DNA of 64,000 nt, taken from NCBI GenBank assembly GCA_010356995.1, contig ML996702.1, forward strand, positions 124,001 through 188,000, in the 5' to 3' direction. A program made the translations under genes and the position numbers. The notes under the pieces were generated by a model. That model searched no databases. It worked only from the letters and a program-made list of their open reading frames with translations, and was not told the origin of the DNA. This document shows, one piece after another, positions 25,014 through 37,737 of this stretch (its first letter is position 1; the number at the start of each line of letters is the position of its first letter). This DNA comes from Trichodelitschia bisporula. Lineage: Eukaryota.

Positions 25014-27630
25014 CTACAACCCGCCCAACCCGCTCACATACGCCAAATACCACGTCAAGCTTGCCCCCCCATCCAGATTCCCATAATCGAACGCCGGATC
25101 ACTAAAGAACCCCCACGCAGTCCCCGGATCCGCAATCGACAGATCGGCATAAATAACCCCGCGCCACCCACCCTGCGCCTTGTCAATCCCGCCATTCGCG
25201 AAGTACTGGCTCCATTCCTGGGATACAAAGGCGGAGGACCGCATGTACGCGCTGATGGGCGAGATGGGCAGCATGTGGATGCCTTGGATGCAAGAGATGT
25301 CGGGTGAGAACCAGGTCGTGTGGTCGATTTTGTTTTCAAAGAGCTGGCACAGTCAGTATGCTCCGAACACACGCGCTGGAAAGGGCACTCACGATTCCAG
25401 CCACCAAATTCCCCTCGAACCCGCCCGGTTGAACAACGCCCACGTCCCTCCCCGCCGTATAGTAGTAATACGCATTCAGGCTCCTCCGCATCACAGCCAG
25501 CAACAACGTCGCCCGCGCCTCCAGCCCAGTGTCGCCCGTAACCTGGCCCCACATCTTGAGCGCATATCCCGCAAACGCGTCCTCGGAGCTACTCTCCTCG
25601 TCCTTTCCATCAGCGCGTTCATACAGCCCGGTCGCCCAGGAGTGGCCATGGAACCAGTCAAAGGAGCGCCAGGCGGGGTACCACTGCCCGGCTGCGGGCG
25701 ATGCAAAATCCGCAACCAGCATATTGACCCAGGCTTTGCCCTGCCCGCCGTTCGCGGTAAGCCACCCCGGATCCATCTCCGCGATAACAGACGCCGTGTG
25801 GATGAAATACCCCCAGTGGAAGTGATGATCGTTGTACACCACATTCCCAAAGTCGGCACCCACGTTCCCGCTCGAGTCGTAACCCCAACTGCTCACCACA
25901 CCCCCCCAAACACCATCATAGAGCAGGGGATGGGTCTGATTGTTCTGGACGAAGATGTTGAACACCTGCTTCAGCTGCTCCAAGCCCGTGAGAGCGAGGG
26001 ATGCATTCCCCCCCAGGCGGTCGGCGGCCCAGATAGCGGAAGCGAACTTGCTCAGCGCCTTGCCGCCGTAGTACATACTCCCCGGCCGCACGGCCTGGGC
26101 GTAGATGTCCTCGCCTAGCTCCTTCGCCGCCGCTTCGTTAATCCTCCTCTTGGCATCATCCCCAACCCCCCCAACCGCACCGACAGTCGGACTCCACGGC
26201 CCAAACCCGACGCCGCCGGGCAGATCAGGCTCCACAAACCGCAGCTCCTCTGACAAGAACCCCGCGGCCAGGCCCTTAGTCACCGTCGCGACCCTGAGCC
26301 CCGTATCCGCCCCCCTCAACCCCGCCTCCAACGCAGCAACATGATGCGGCAGTGCGAAAACCAACAACTGTCCCGCCGGTCCCCCCTTTTTCCATTTCAG
26401 CGCATACTGCCCCTGCCCGCCCTGCACCGCGCCACTCAGACTAGCGTCCACCGCCCACGCCCCCGCCGCAGCATCATACGCCGCCTCATCACTCCCCTTC
26501 CAATTTGGCGGCAGAACCGCAAGCTGCAGCGCGCCGGACCACCCGGGAGGGCCGTGCAGCGTACCATCGACCAGGTTCAGTCCCGGCGGAGGGGCGCTGC
26601 TGTCCGATGGCACCAGGTACGCGAGCCAAGTCTGCCCGTTGCCCAGCGCGAGGGTGTATTTCCACACACCCGTGCCAATGGGCCCATTGTACGTCACGTT
26701 GCTGAAACTGCGGGGCGAGCGCAGGACTGGCGTTGAGGTGTGGTACAGCCCGGTTGCGAGACCCATACCCTGCACCAGCGGGACGGAAAGCACAGAGGGC
26801 GCACCTGGCACGGGGGCGAGGTGCGCGCGGACGCTGAATTGTGTGTAATGGTCGGTCGTTAAGACGGTGGTGTTTATGAAGTCGAGTTCCGCAGCGGAGA
26901 ACACCAGCGCGCGCGCCGGCGGCCGCGCATCGGCGAAGAAGTTGCGCGGCGGGTGGGCACCGTCGAATACGAAGCTGCTGCTCGGCGGAGCCCAGACGGC
27001 GAAACCGGTCCCCTCGGAGTCGGTCGTGTTGCGGGTGAAGGCTAGGGCGTAGGGCTGTGTCCAGACGGGATTCATTTGGCCGCCGAGGAGCAGGTTCGCG
27101 TAGAACTTATTGGTTTGAATTGGGCCTGTTCCATTCACGCCGACTGGTTGGATCGGGTGTGAGTGTTGCGCGGCGAAAGGGGGGGCTGCGGCGTCTGAGG
27201 CTGCGAAGGCATCGCTCACGTCTGGGGCCTGGGGGGTTGAGGAGGCGGCCGGCGAAGGTGAGGGCGAGGCAAAGAGTAAAGAGTTCGGAACTGAGAGCGT
27301 ATTGGATGGATAAATGGCACTGCCGCTGAAGGGCGGGGCGGAAGGCTCACCGGCGGCCGAGGACGTCTGCGGCGGAGGGAGTTCAGACGAAGATGGCGGC
27401 TCGGAGGGCGTTTGAAGCGTTGGCACTGGAGCTGGTGGGCCGGGGTTGATGGGAATCGAAGTGAGTTCAGGTGGTGATGTGGAGGATCCTGTTGTCGCGG
27501 AAGAGCTGGAGTCGACCCAAGTACCGGACTGACTTTGAGATTGCCAGGTGCCAGACGGACCCTGAGGCCGCGGAGTAGCGAGCGTGAGAAGAGCGCAAAG
27601 CGTGAAGACGAGTGACCATAATGTCGACAT
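25014..27630 (-). CDS. Endo-1,3(4)-beta-glucanase, glycoside hydrolase family 81
   Basis: Signal peptide, S/P/T linker, PIQTNKFYANLLLG, YNDHHFHWGYF, RSFDWFHGHSWA, DGKDEESSSED. Intron 25344-25392 joins GI|LFENK. Confidence 0.93.
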
Positions 27631-28657
27631 CGTACGGAGTAGAGACCGTGAAAGATGCAGACAGCATCCAGCACTCAATGGGGGGAAGGAGGCGTTATAT
27701 CCCCTCTGCCTTACGGCCACGCAAGCTCCGTACGCGATGGCGCGGGTCCTCCCACTAGACCCGTACGCAGCGCCGCGATCGAGGGCCCAGGAGGGCGGAT
27801 GGGTCCATGACTGATATGCGTACCAGTTGAAGGGACCGGTGGGAGATGACGAGGCTGGTGCCCGGAGGGCGGGTGCGCTATGATATAGCTCCCACTCGTC
27901 TAGCTCCCCCCCGCGGGCGAGGTAAAGCTAGCGTCACATATCGGCCCCGGGTTGAAAGGATTTATGCGCGCACGGGCCGGGCCGGGGAGGGGGGGGATAT
28001 TTATATGTCTGGGCAAGGGCGAGGCGTGGTCTATGTGATCCTGCGGAATCTCGGCGGAGAATTGCATTAAGAGGTGGAATCCTGTTAATATCCATTTTGT
28101 GCCGGTGAGGATGTTGAGGAGTGGAGGCTGAAGATGGGCTCGGTTAGGTGATTCTTGTGGGTGTGGTTGGCGACGTGTTCGGACCCCGTGTTTGAACGGC
28201 GCGAGTGTCATGGATGGCGTACAGGTACCACTACCGGGCGAAGGACCCCGGATCGGCGTGGACGGCCGATGATATACACCCGGGCCGCGCGTATAATGCC
28301 GATATATCTGTAGAAAGGCGCGTTAAACAACGAGCTTCAGATCGTTGGCGGCATTAAGTACTGCAACCAGAGAAGGGAACAAACGAACATTCTCCCCTCA
28401 CCATCTCCTCCGTGCCACCGCTCGTAACCATCGAGTCGTTAACAAAGCCCCTCATTATTTTCATCGTCGTGAAGATGTGAAGTCACGAAGTCACGAAGTC
28501 CCTCGTCGCGCCGATCCACCCCCACACCTCCACCAACCCACACGGGCCATGCGCCACATCCGCGCCACACCCGCCGCCCCACCACCACCCCACCTCAAAC
28601 GCGTCCCCGCATCACCCACCCCACATCCCTACTACCACTCCCATCCTCCAGCCTACC

Positions 28658-29296
28658 ATGGACGCCGGGCTCGCCGAATACGCCGCCAACATCGCGGCAA
28701 GGGATAAGCGCGAGCAGGCACAGCGGGGTGTATTCGATCTGTGTAGGTGTCCTGCCGTGGAACTGGGAAACTGGGACTGGGGGGTCGCTGACGCTTGCGG
28801 GACAGATACGCGACTTGCGACGAGGTGCGCGGCGGCGGAGGGCGCTGCGCGGAGTGGAGGTGGGAATGCAACAGCTGGAAGCGCGACGGGTGCGGAGAAG
28901 ACGGCTCGCAGAGGCACCCCGGTTCCGGACGCCGCGGTCGAGGAACTACGGTCACAGCTGTCCGCTGCGCAGGCCGCGAGGGCGACGCTCGAAAGCCAGG
29001 CTCGCGCGGCGGCGGAATTACAACGACAACATACGGGCTTGCAAGCAAGGACGGAGGCGAAAGAAAGGGAAATCGCGCTTCTGGCACGACGGTTAAGAGA
29101 CAGAGAGGAGGAGATACGGGAGCGGAAGAAATTGGTTGAGAGGGTGCAGGATGAGATGGTGGCGTTGAGCTTGCAGTTGAGTATGGCGGAGCAGAAGGCG
29201 GAGAGGTTGGAGGGGGAAAATAAGGATTTGGTTAAGAGGTGGATGGAGAGGGTAGGGGAGGAGGTGGAGAGGATGAACGTTGATAGTCGGTGGTAG
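28658..29296 (+). CDS. ATG16: Autophagy protein Atg16
   Basis: EY..IAARDKREQA..YTRLA after removing intron 28743-28805. Coiled coil VQDEMVALSLQLSMAEQK..ENKDLVKRWM..MN. Confidence 0.85.
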   Translation: MDAGLAEYAANIAARDKREQAQRGVFDLCRCPAVELGNWDWGVADACGTDTRLATRCAAAEGAARSGGGNATAGSATGAEKTARRGTPVPDAAVEELRSQLSAAQAARATLESQARAAAELQRQHTGLQARTEAKEREIALLARRLRDREEEIRERKKLVERVQDEMVALSLQLSMAEQKAERLEGENKDLVKRWMERVGEEVERMNVDSRW

Positions 29297-29512
29297 GAGG
29301 GATGGTTAGAACTAGTCGTGGGTCCTGCGGCTTCGGTACGGCGTCTGAATCTCTGCGCGAAGGGGACGACGTTTCTCTATGGGTTGTATGGCTTCTACGG
29401 CATCGGTACGGCGTCACGGTATCTGCATCTCCGCGAAGGCGGAAGGGCGCTTCTTTATGGCTTCCATCGCTTCTACAACATCGCTGCCTCTCTCCACCGT
29501 CCGCACCTCCAT

Positions 29513-30131
29513 TCAAAAATCCGACGACGCCGCAATCAACCCCGCCAACTCCTCCAACTTCTCCTTATCCACCCCATCGAAACCCCCCACCTCCGCACAA
29601 TCCACATCTATAATAGCAACCACCCTGCCCTCTTGCACAACCGGAACCACAATCTCACTCCGACTCGCCGCATCACACGCAATATGCCCCGGAAACTCCT
29701 CAACATCACGCACAACCAGCGTCTCCCCCTTCGCCGCCGCAGTGCCGCACACGCCCCTGCCCAGCGGGATGGCCTGGCATGCGACGTGCCCCTGGAAGGG
29801 GCCGAGGATGAGTTGGTTGGGATTCTGGGGGTCGACGGTGTAGAAGCCGCACCAGTTTACTGCGTTGGAGGGGGAGGGGAGGGAGAGGAGGGCGTGGTAG
29901 AGGAGGGAGGAGGTGTTGGCGAGGTTGCTGGGGGGTTAGAGATGGTGTATTTATGGGGATTTTAGGGAGGGAAGTACCAAACCCAGTTCCGCTGGCCTTC
30001 GAAGAGAGCGGCTGCTTGCTCGAGCACTTGAGCGTAGACTTCCGCCTTACTCTGCCCGGCGGCGAAAGTGGATGCTTCGGCGTGGACCTGAAATGTCAGA
30101 CTAGACACAAGGGGAGCGGGTTATGTACCAT
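29513..30131 (-). CDS. GAF-domain free methionine-R-sulfoxide reductase (fRMsr, YKL069W-like)
   Basis: ATG-only first coding exon; introns 30088-30128 and 29928-29977. NLAN..NWCGFY..LGPFQG.VAC..GRGVCG..FPGHIACD..SRSEIVVP. Confidence 0.92.
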
Positions 30132-31145
30132 TTTCCCCGTCGCTCTGATTTTGATTTTCCAGTTCTTTGAATGTACGACGTCCGATCTAGGTGTTTGTAG
30201 AAAAAATGAATTGATATCCGCAGTTCAGTTCGAGATGTCTCTTCGTCACGTCAGACGAGCCTGAAGTGGCTGACTAAGCCATTGCGCCATTCCTTAGCCG
30301 CGCCGACGCCTGACTTGCCCGATTGGGCGCACAGCCTTGTCCGGCCGACGACAACTGAACTGTCAGGAAGGGATACGCCGTCGAGTCGGCGTCGGAAAAT
30401 CCGCGAATAGGCCTAAAATGGCTGTTGTTGGGGACTTGAAGAATTTAGCTCTGGAATTTTATGGTTAATTTACGGCGTTGCTGGCGAGGGCAGTGTTTGT
30501 CAGCCTTGCGTGGAGAGAGGAAATGATGGTGAGATGAGAGATGGATGGTGATGGGGAGGGGTCGAGAGGAGGGGAGATTTTTTGAGAACGTGGTTGTGTC
30601 AGTTGCGAAGGGGGGATGTTCGAACCGTATCATCGCACCGCACGATTTGGGTGGCGGCGGCAGCAGCTGCGAGGAGTCATGGCGTTGTGGTCAGGTAGCG
30701 GGTAGGGAAGCCAACCTCCGCTCGCCGCCTGAACAACTGGAACCACTGCCTCGTGCCATGCCGGGCCGGGCCGACCCCAAATCCGGCAAGCATACCAGCC
30801 AGTGGCAGAAGGACCCAAGGGCGGAAGGCGCCATCGTGCCGTGCCGACAACAGCGTCACACTATAACTCGACTCCCACTGCCTAACCCATGTTACCACGT
30901 AGCTCAGTACCGTGAATTGGAGCGCTAAGACTTTAACTAGTACGTAGTAGAACGCATATGCCCTCAAAAAAGGGTCTCAAAGTACCAACCTCCAAAAGAA
31001 TGGATCCGTCCGCTGCCTTCGCCAATGCCAGTTGCGCCGCGCCACGAGCTGCATACGACTGCTCGTCATCAGCCAAATTTGTTAACGAACACTTCCGCGT
31101 CACCCACTGGCCTCGTACTCCTTCACCCCTTCCCAACCTCAACAC

Positions 31146-31793
31146 TCACCCCCCCAACCCCCACCCCTTCATCTCAGCCACACGAAGTACCAAATACCCA
31201 AGTGCAAAAAGCACGCAAATAATCAGAATCAGAAACGCAAGCGCACAGTCGACTAAATCGGTCTCCATCCCGGCGGTCCCGGTCGATTCTATGGAAAGAC
31301 ACGTGTCGCACATGCAGCGGCGGTCTTCCGGGATAACAGGGCTGAAGGGAGGCGGCCGGAGTGTGTAGGGACCGATCTCCGTGGTGGTGTTGGTGTTGGT
31401 GGTGGTGATGGCCGTGGTGGTGACGGCCGTGGTGGTTTTGGCCGGGGTGGTGGTGGCCGGAGCGGGGAAAATTTTGAGGGCGGGAGGAGGGAGGGTGAGC
31501 GGCGAGATTGGGCGTTGAATGAGAGCATCGTAGTCAGAACCGTACCACAACATGCGGTTGCTGGAACCGTAGTTCAGGGCGCGGGCGTCGGAGGCGGCGA
31601 ACATAGGGCCGGGTGCAGGTTGCTGGTTCAGGAGGGTAACCTGATGGCGCATGACTGCTTGCCGGCGGGTGTTGGCCACCGGGTTGGCGACCAGAAGGGG
31701 AGTGAATGCGTTTGCTGGCGGGACAGATGTCCAGGATGGGTTGGGTGAGACAAGGACGAACTCCTCTGAAGAGTCGGAGTCGCTGCCAGACAT
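31146..31793 (-). CDS. Hypothetical protein with a C-terminal transmembrane helix
   Basis: 215-aa ATG ORF, acacaATG context, upstream tttaaa, Thr-rich tract, hydrophobic C-terminus. Confidence 0.55.
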   Translation of the reverse strand: MSGSDSDSSEEFVLVSPNPSWTSVPPANAFTPLLVANPVANTRRQAVMRHQVTLLNQQPAPGPMFAASDARALNYGSSNRMLWYGSDYDALIQRPISPLTLPPPALKIFPAPATTTPAKTTTAVTTTAITTTNTNTTTEIGPYTLRPPPFSPVIPEDRRCMCDTCLSIESTGTAGMETDLVDCALAFLILIICVLFALGYLVLRVAEMKGWGLGG

Positions 31794-33059
31794 TGTGTTG
31801 ATTTTTCGTAATAGCTTGATAGTAGAATGTGTGGTGCTCGTTCTTTGGTTCTAGATCGCTGAGTGAGGAGTTGGGATGCTTTGTATGTAGCAGCGGTGGT
31901 TGACAGGTGTGATCAGCGGGAGAACTTCAAACAGGTAGCAGCACGAGAGCGGATGGCCAAGGGGACTCTTCAGACCTTTTAAACACTTCTCTCCGGTCAG
32001 CGGAGTGCAGTTTACGCCGTAGATGCGTGCCCGATCTACCGGAGATGTTGAAGCTATTGTGGGTCCTGGTCACTTAGCCGCGCAAGGCTGAGAATCGTCC
32101 TCGCTTGGGTGGCCGGGCAAAGCATGGCAAGACTACGACGCCAACATACTCGACCCGTGGTTCACTCACCGTATTCAAACTGTGGTTACGTCTGAGTCCT
32201 TCGTCCGGTCTTGATACATATCTCTATGGTCCGCTAGTTCTGAAATTTTCACGGGTGACGCGGCAGGCTTTTGGTACTGGCAGAGTCCTCCAGCCTACCC
32301 CAACGGGGACATGGCCCAGTGGAAAGAAAATAGGGTATAAAAGGCGGGCTCCGCTCGACGGATTAGATTTCAGCGGACAGCATTCCTTCGATACATCCAT
32401 CACATCCAACCGCCTTGAAAAAACCGTGATACAATCTCTTCTCCGCCTTTCCCACTCGTCCACTCCACCAACTCCATCAATCCACGACTTATTTTCCCGT
32501 ATCCGCAGTGGGTTTTAGTGCCATCTCTCCTGTCAACAGTGAAGCATACCGACGACACATAAACAAGACCTAGTTGTAGAAGCACGCACACCCTCCACGT
32601 CTGGATCAACTCCGCAGTATCCAACCCAACCCCACGATGGCGCGACACAACGTCTTCATGCCCTCACACGGGGAGTAAGCCTCACCTCCCCCGTTGACGG
32701 TAAATCATACTGACCATAGATCAAGCACCGAGTCCGATATGTCCCTCAAGGCACCCTACCCCCCTGCCTACCCCTCCACGCCCAGCACGACCACTAGCCC
32801 TGTCAGCCTCCGCTCTCTGCAATAAGCGCCATTTCTCCCGTCTAACAGTGAAGCATGCTGACGAGATATTGATTAAGGCCTGACTCCAGTACCCCCCCGC
32901 CATCCGCCGCCGCACGTCCGCGCCTTCCGAGCCACTCGCTGGCGAAGTAAGTCCCACCACGATGTTAACGGCAAAGGTACTAACAACCCCCACCTGCAAG
33001 CCGGGGCAAACCTCCTCCTGGCTTCGAGCCCATGTCCCAGGTTCAACGTACTATAAACC

Positions 33060-33920
33060 TTGCAAAGTGCCTATCCATCCTGGTGCCTCCCATCCCCTCG
33101 CCCTGGTACCAACGTCCAGTACCCTCTCTCCGCACCGTGCACCACCGGCCGTACCCGGAACTTATCGCACAGCGGTATCCCCGGCCCCGCCATCCCCAGA
33201 GACACATCGGCCCGGCATACCGCTTCCAGCCCGGCCGAACCGCAGAACTCGGATGGAGCGAGTACTCAGCTCACGGCCGGTCCACGCACCGACGAGGCAA
33301 ACTCGCCGAGGCGCCTTCCGTCCAGCCGGAATCGGCCAATGGCTTGCGATGAAAACTATAGAAACGATAACGGCCACCATCCCAAGGGCCCTTTTCCCGA
33401 AAGCCGGCCGTCCACACAGCCTGCTTCCGCTGCCGGCTCGTCCCGAGGCTCCGAGTCCTCCTTCCGTGGTCCAGGACCGCCGACTCTCCCACCCAGACCC
33501 GTCCGCGGTGGAAGAACACCCACCAGCCCACCCGGACTCGGTCCGCCGGATCAGCCTGCGCCTCCGCCTCCGAACAGCTGCGCCATCGAGGCGACCACCA
33601 TCGGGGCACCCGCCGAGACGCGCACGCACGCCCCTGCCATTGAGGCAGCCACCACCGGAGAACCCACCACTGGTGCAGCCCCGACCGGTGCTTATACCAT
33701 CCCGTCGCATCTAGGGTATCTCACGCAGCCCGATGCGTTCATCCCTTGGCATGAGGCGCCGCAGCGGACAACAGGTCGAGGGAGGGGAGGGGGAGGGGAG
33801 GGGAGGGTATGTGGAGTGAGGGTTCGGGATAAGTGGGTATGTGGGGGAGATGGGGTTCGGGATGAGGTTGTACCTAGGGGAGGGGGAGAGGGAGTGGGGA
33901 GGGATGTGGGGACGAGATAA
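33060..33920 (+). other. Pro-rich open frame; possible lineage-specific gene or pseudogene
   Basis: Long low-complexity ORF with the C-to-G compositional switch seen in real genes here. Upstream TATAAAA (32336) and intron signals; no recognisable domain. Confidence 0.3.
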
Positions 33921-34082
33921 TGGGGTGGAAAGAGCTCACGTCAAGCCCATGCTGCCACCATCCCGTGCCGTAGACAGGGTAGGAGCATCGTTATATCCGT
34001 CCGAAGCATGGCGTGCTCCTGACTGACGTTACGATGGTCCGACCCTGCCTACAGCACGGCATGATAGGGGCATGGACTTGAC

Positions 34083-34236
34083 GGGTGATGTAGACGTGGA
34101 AGGAGCAAAGGAGGATACTTAGCATGATGTATTTAGTCTCGAAAGTTTCCGACTCTCTTCCTCTCCTTGACTTCCACATCAATCTTCAGTTTGCACAGTT
34201 ACCACTGCACATGTTAGCGCCCTTGCTCCCATCACC
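34083..34236 (+). repeat. Dispersed repeat family, copy f (GGTGATG..CATCACC ends)
   Basis: gggtgatgtagacgtggaaggagcaaaggaggatacttagcat..cagttaccactgcac..gctcccatcacc. Confidence 0.85.
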
Positions 34237-35256
34237 AACACCGAGAACCGAGAATCTCAAGTTCTGCCATCAGTACCGGATCGTGCAGAAAGCAGAGAGC
34301 AAGCACCCAAAGCGTCATCTGGCCGTACACCGTGCATGCTGATATGAACATTGCTCCCATCGCGATGACAGACCGCCATATGCAGCTGTGATGCCGTGCG
34401 GTCGACCTGTTCTCATGGCGGAGATCTGCTAGGCTGCAACGCTATATGGCTCAACCGAGGTCTTGATGAAGCTCGATTTCCGAGTCCTGTAAGAGTCGGT
34501 GATTTCTTAGGTACAGCAGATGCGTGATGGATGGGATGGGTTGTACTTTCGGTTAATGGAACCAAGGCTTCAAACGCACAAAGGCTGTGATGTAATGTGA
34601 AGGTTGAGAAAAAGATGGGGAAAAGAAGAGAGCCGAGAGGCTCTCCGCAATAGATGTACGATGTGCTCCAACGCTCCTTCACCCTACCATTCGCACGTCA
34701 TCGGTGCCCGCCTCTGTCGTGCGCACATTATGACATGTGCGCCTTCTTTGGCAAGCACCTTTCCCAAGAGTGGTATGTTCCTTCCGAAGTGAATGTGCTG
34801 CCTTGTTATCGTACCCGCTTTGATGCCTTGATCCCTTATGCATACCACTTGCAAAGATGAAGACTTAGAAGATTCATTATGTGCCGGATGACTCAATAGT
34901 ACAGCGTCCATCTGCTTATAGACGGAAGAGCGTGTCTTCGCGTTTGTTTCGACTGGCATGCCCGGTTCGGAGACTCGTGATGTGAGGAGATAGCCTGCTA
35001 AGGTTCAGCTGTGCGGTCCAAGTCTGCACACCATCTACGGTATGATGTTTGTAACCAACCCTTTCCTTGATCACAATCAGTTCTCTTTTTCCGCTCGCAA
35101 TCATAGAGACCTTAGAATCCAAGGCTGTACGTGGCACTTCAGATCAGTCCGCTACCACGACCAAGCAAGGCAACATCAACACTTTTCATTCCAACAAAAT
35201 GCAAATCTATGCCCCATCACAGAGTCTATATCCGCCCCACGCCATGCCACTCACCT

Positions 35257-36350
35257 CTAAAGATCAACCTCCCCCTCAAACCCCCCAACATGCCAAAAGT
35301 TAGCCTGCAGCGGCGAAACACTATGCAAATCAGCCCGACCCACATCACACACACACAGAGCACTCACCTCACAAACCCATTCTTAACCGCCCACCCATCA
35401 TTCCCCGGCGGCGCCCGATCCACACTCTCAAACACATCCTTAAAGCTAGGCGTCCACTTAAACAACTTATGCCTATACCGCACATGCCCGTCCCCCTCCC
35501 CGCTCTCATCCCTACTCTCAGCACGGCGAATCTCCGCCTCGCCCTCTTCAGGGCTCCAATCCTCCTCAGCAGGAACCTCGACCTCGGTAAAACAACTCCC
35601 GCTCACCCACCCGTTCTGCAACACCGGCGTCCAGAGCACCTTTGACTTGCTCACGCCGAGCTGCAACGGGATGTTGATGTTATATAGGCCCACTCCCACA
35701 TCCCACCGTCCCACAAGTCCCTCAATAACCCTCACTGCTGTCCCCGTTGCCTCCGCAATAATCTCTGGATCATGGTTCCTATCAAAAAACGCATAACTCA
35801 GCGCCACAGCCCGGACCCCACACACCGCCGCCTCCATCGCCCCCCCAATCGTGCCACTACTCAGCGCAAACACCGCCGTCGTATTCCGGCCATAATTCGG
35901 GCCCGAGACAACGAGATCCACCTTCCCGCGCGCCTGGAAGTAATGATGAAGACCGATTTGCACGCACGAGGCGGGGGTGCTGTCTACGAGCACCCATTCC
36001 TCGCGGGTGGACGCCGGGGGCAGGGGCACGGGGGATGTGGTGCCTTCGTCGGTTTGGGCGGAGGCGGCGAGCGGGTCTGTCGGGGAGGGGGGCGGGCGGT
36101 AGTAGCTGGGCTTGATGGGTTGGCCGACCATGTGGGCTTTGCTGATCCAGGAGCGTTGGGTGTGCGGGAGGATTACGGAGACGGTGTGGTCGGCGCGTTG
36201 GAGGGCGCGAACGAGGGAGAGGATGTAGGGGCTAGATTGGGAGGAGGGGGGGCCGTCGTCGTTTGTTACCTGGGGCGGGGGGTTAGTGGGGGGGTGTTTT
36301 TGGTGAGGGGGAGGGGGAGAGAGGAGGGAAGGGCGTACGAGGATATGCAT
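35257..36350 (-). CDS. SurE-like 5'/3'-nucleotidase (homologous to the Pby1 N-terminal domain)
   Basis: MHIL|VTNDDGPPS..QRSWISKAH..TPASC..VVSGPNYGRN..SSGTIGGAMEA. Last exon SVSPLQANF..DL*. Confidence 0.88.
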
Positions 36351-37012
36351 CTTGATGGTCGGGAATGCAGGTACGGGCTAAAGCTGTGTGAGGGAGTACA
36401 GGACGCAGGGACGAGAAGCTGGGAGCAGTACGGAGACGAGATGGACGACTGTGGTGTTCTGTGGTACTTCGGCTCGTTTCGCTGGCGGTTACAACGTCAC
36501 ACCGGCTGCCAAGGGAGTAGTCAAACCCCGCCCCCGCAGCACGCCACATGGTCTTGTCAGGCACATGTCGGCTGAATTCGGAGGGCCGTTCTCCTCGTGC
36601 ACAAGGTGGCAGAGAGATAGCATGGTGAGGAAGTCAAAGGGTTAAGGAGTCAGAGGAAGAAGTACAGCAGAGTTTCTCTGAGCAGACGAACGGAGTTGGA
36701 CATGATGAAGAAAGATAGTGAGGAAAGCGTCAGCCTCTAGAACTAGAGCAAGTCGTGAAGCACTTCGTATTCCGGAGGCTGAATAAGCAGCCTAATGGAC
36801 GCACAAAGAGGATGCAATTCAGCCTCATGCCCAGGCTTCCCAAGTACCTGGTGTGATGAGGAGACAACTCCTCCTCGTGATGTTCTGCTTCTTCCTTCCA
36901 CTGAGGTTGTCAAAGCGGATCCCAAGTACCAGGGAGATGTTCTTGCTGCCAACTGCGCCTTATTAACCGGCAAAAAAAAGCAACGACTTTTTGGCCACAG
37001 TTTTACCCCTCC

Positions 37013-37050
37013 ACGTGCCGCGCGTTCTCGCGTTTCCCCCACCGACGCGT
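37013..37050. promoter_or_regulatory. MCB-like cluster upstream of RPA3
   Basis: CGCGTTCTCGCGT followed 11 nt later by ACGCGT. Confidence 0.7.
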
Positions 37051-37228
37051 CGTCTCGTCTCTCCTCCAACAGATCTCCTCCACAGATCTCCCAGACCGAC
37101 ACTCCCGTGCACTCGACGTCCAGCCTTCTGCTCTCGAAAGTCCATCCCTCTGCGCTCGACAGTCCATTTCTCTGCGCCCTCCATCCATCCCTCCTTGCGC
37201 GTCAGCAATCAGCTCCCACACCCACGCA

Positions 37229-37702
37229 ATGCCCGGAGCCACGCCCCGCGTAACGCAGCAATATCTCGAAAACTTCCGCGATCGGGTAGTCCGCATCGTC
37301 GGCAAGGTCACCAAGCTCAACGGCGACACAGCCATCATCGACGCCAACGGCACCGTGAAAATAACACTCAACCGCGTACGCCCGCCCTTCTCCCCACCAT
37401 CACTTCCCTACGCGATGCTGATGTAAAGTGGACAGGAGGCCAACCTCGCCGTTGGGCATGCAGCCGAAATCGTCGGGCGCGTGCAGCCTGACTTGAGTAT
37501 TCTGATGCTGGGGAGTACGGACTTTGGGACCGATTTCAGTACGTATTAGGCGCGCAGGGGCGGCGATGCCGAACAGCGATGCCGAACAGCGATGCAGAAC
37601 AGCGATGCAGCGGTGCTGACTGCCATACCAGATCTCAACGCCGCAGCAGCCGTCGTCGAGGCGACGCATCGGTGGAAGGAAATATTCTATGGCGACGACT
37701 AA
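37229..37702 (+). CDS. RFA3: Replication factor A subunit 3 (Rfa3/Ssb3)
   Basis: TPRV..L..F..RVVRIVGKV..EIVGRV..DFG..V.ATHRWKEIF. Introns about 37376-37435 and 37539-37631. Confidence 0.9.
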
Positions 37703-37737
37703 GGGTTCGTGTAAAGGTTCCCTTGAAGATGCCCTCT

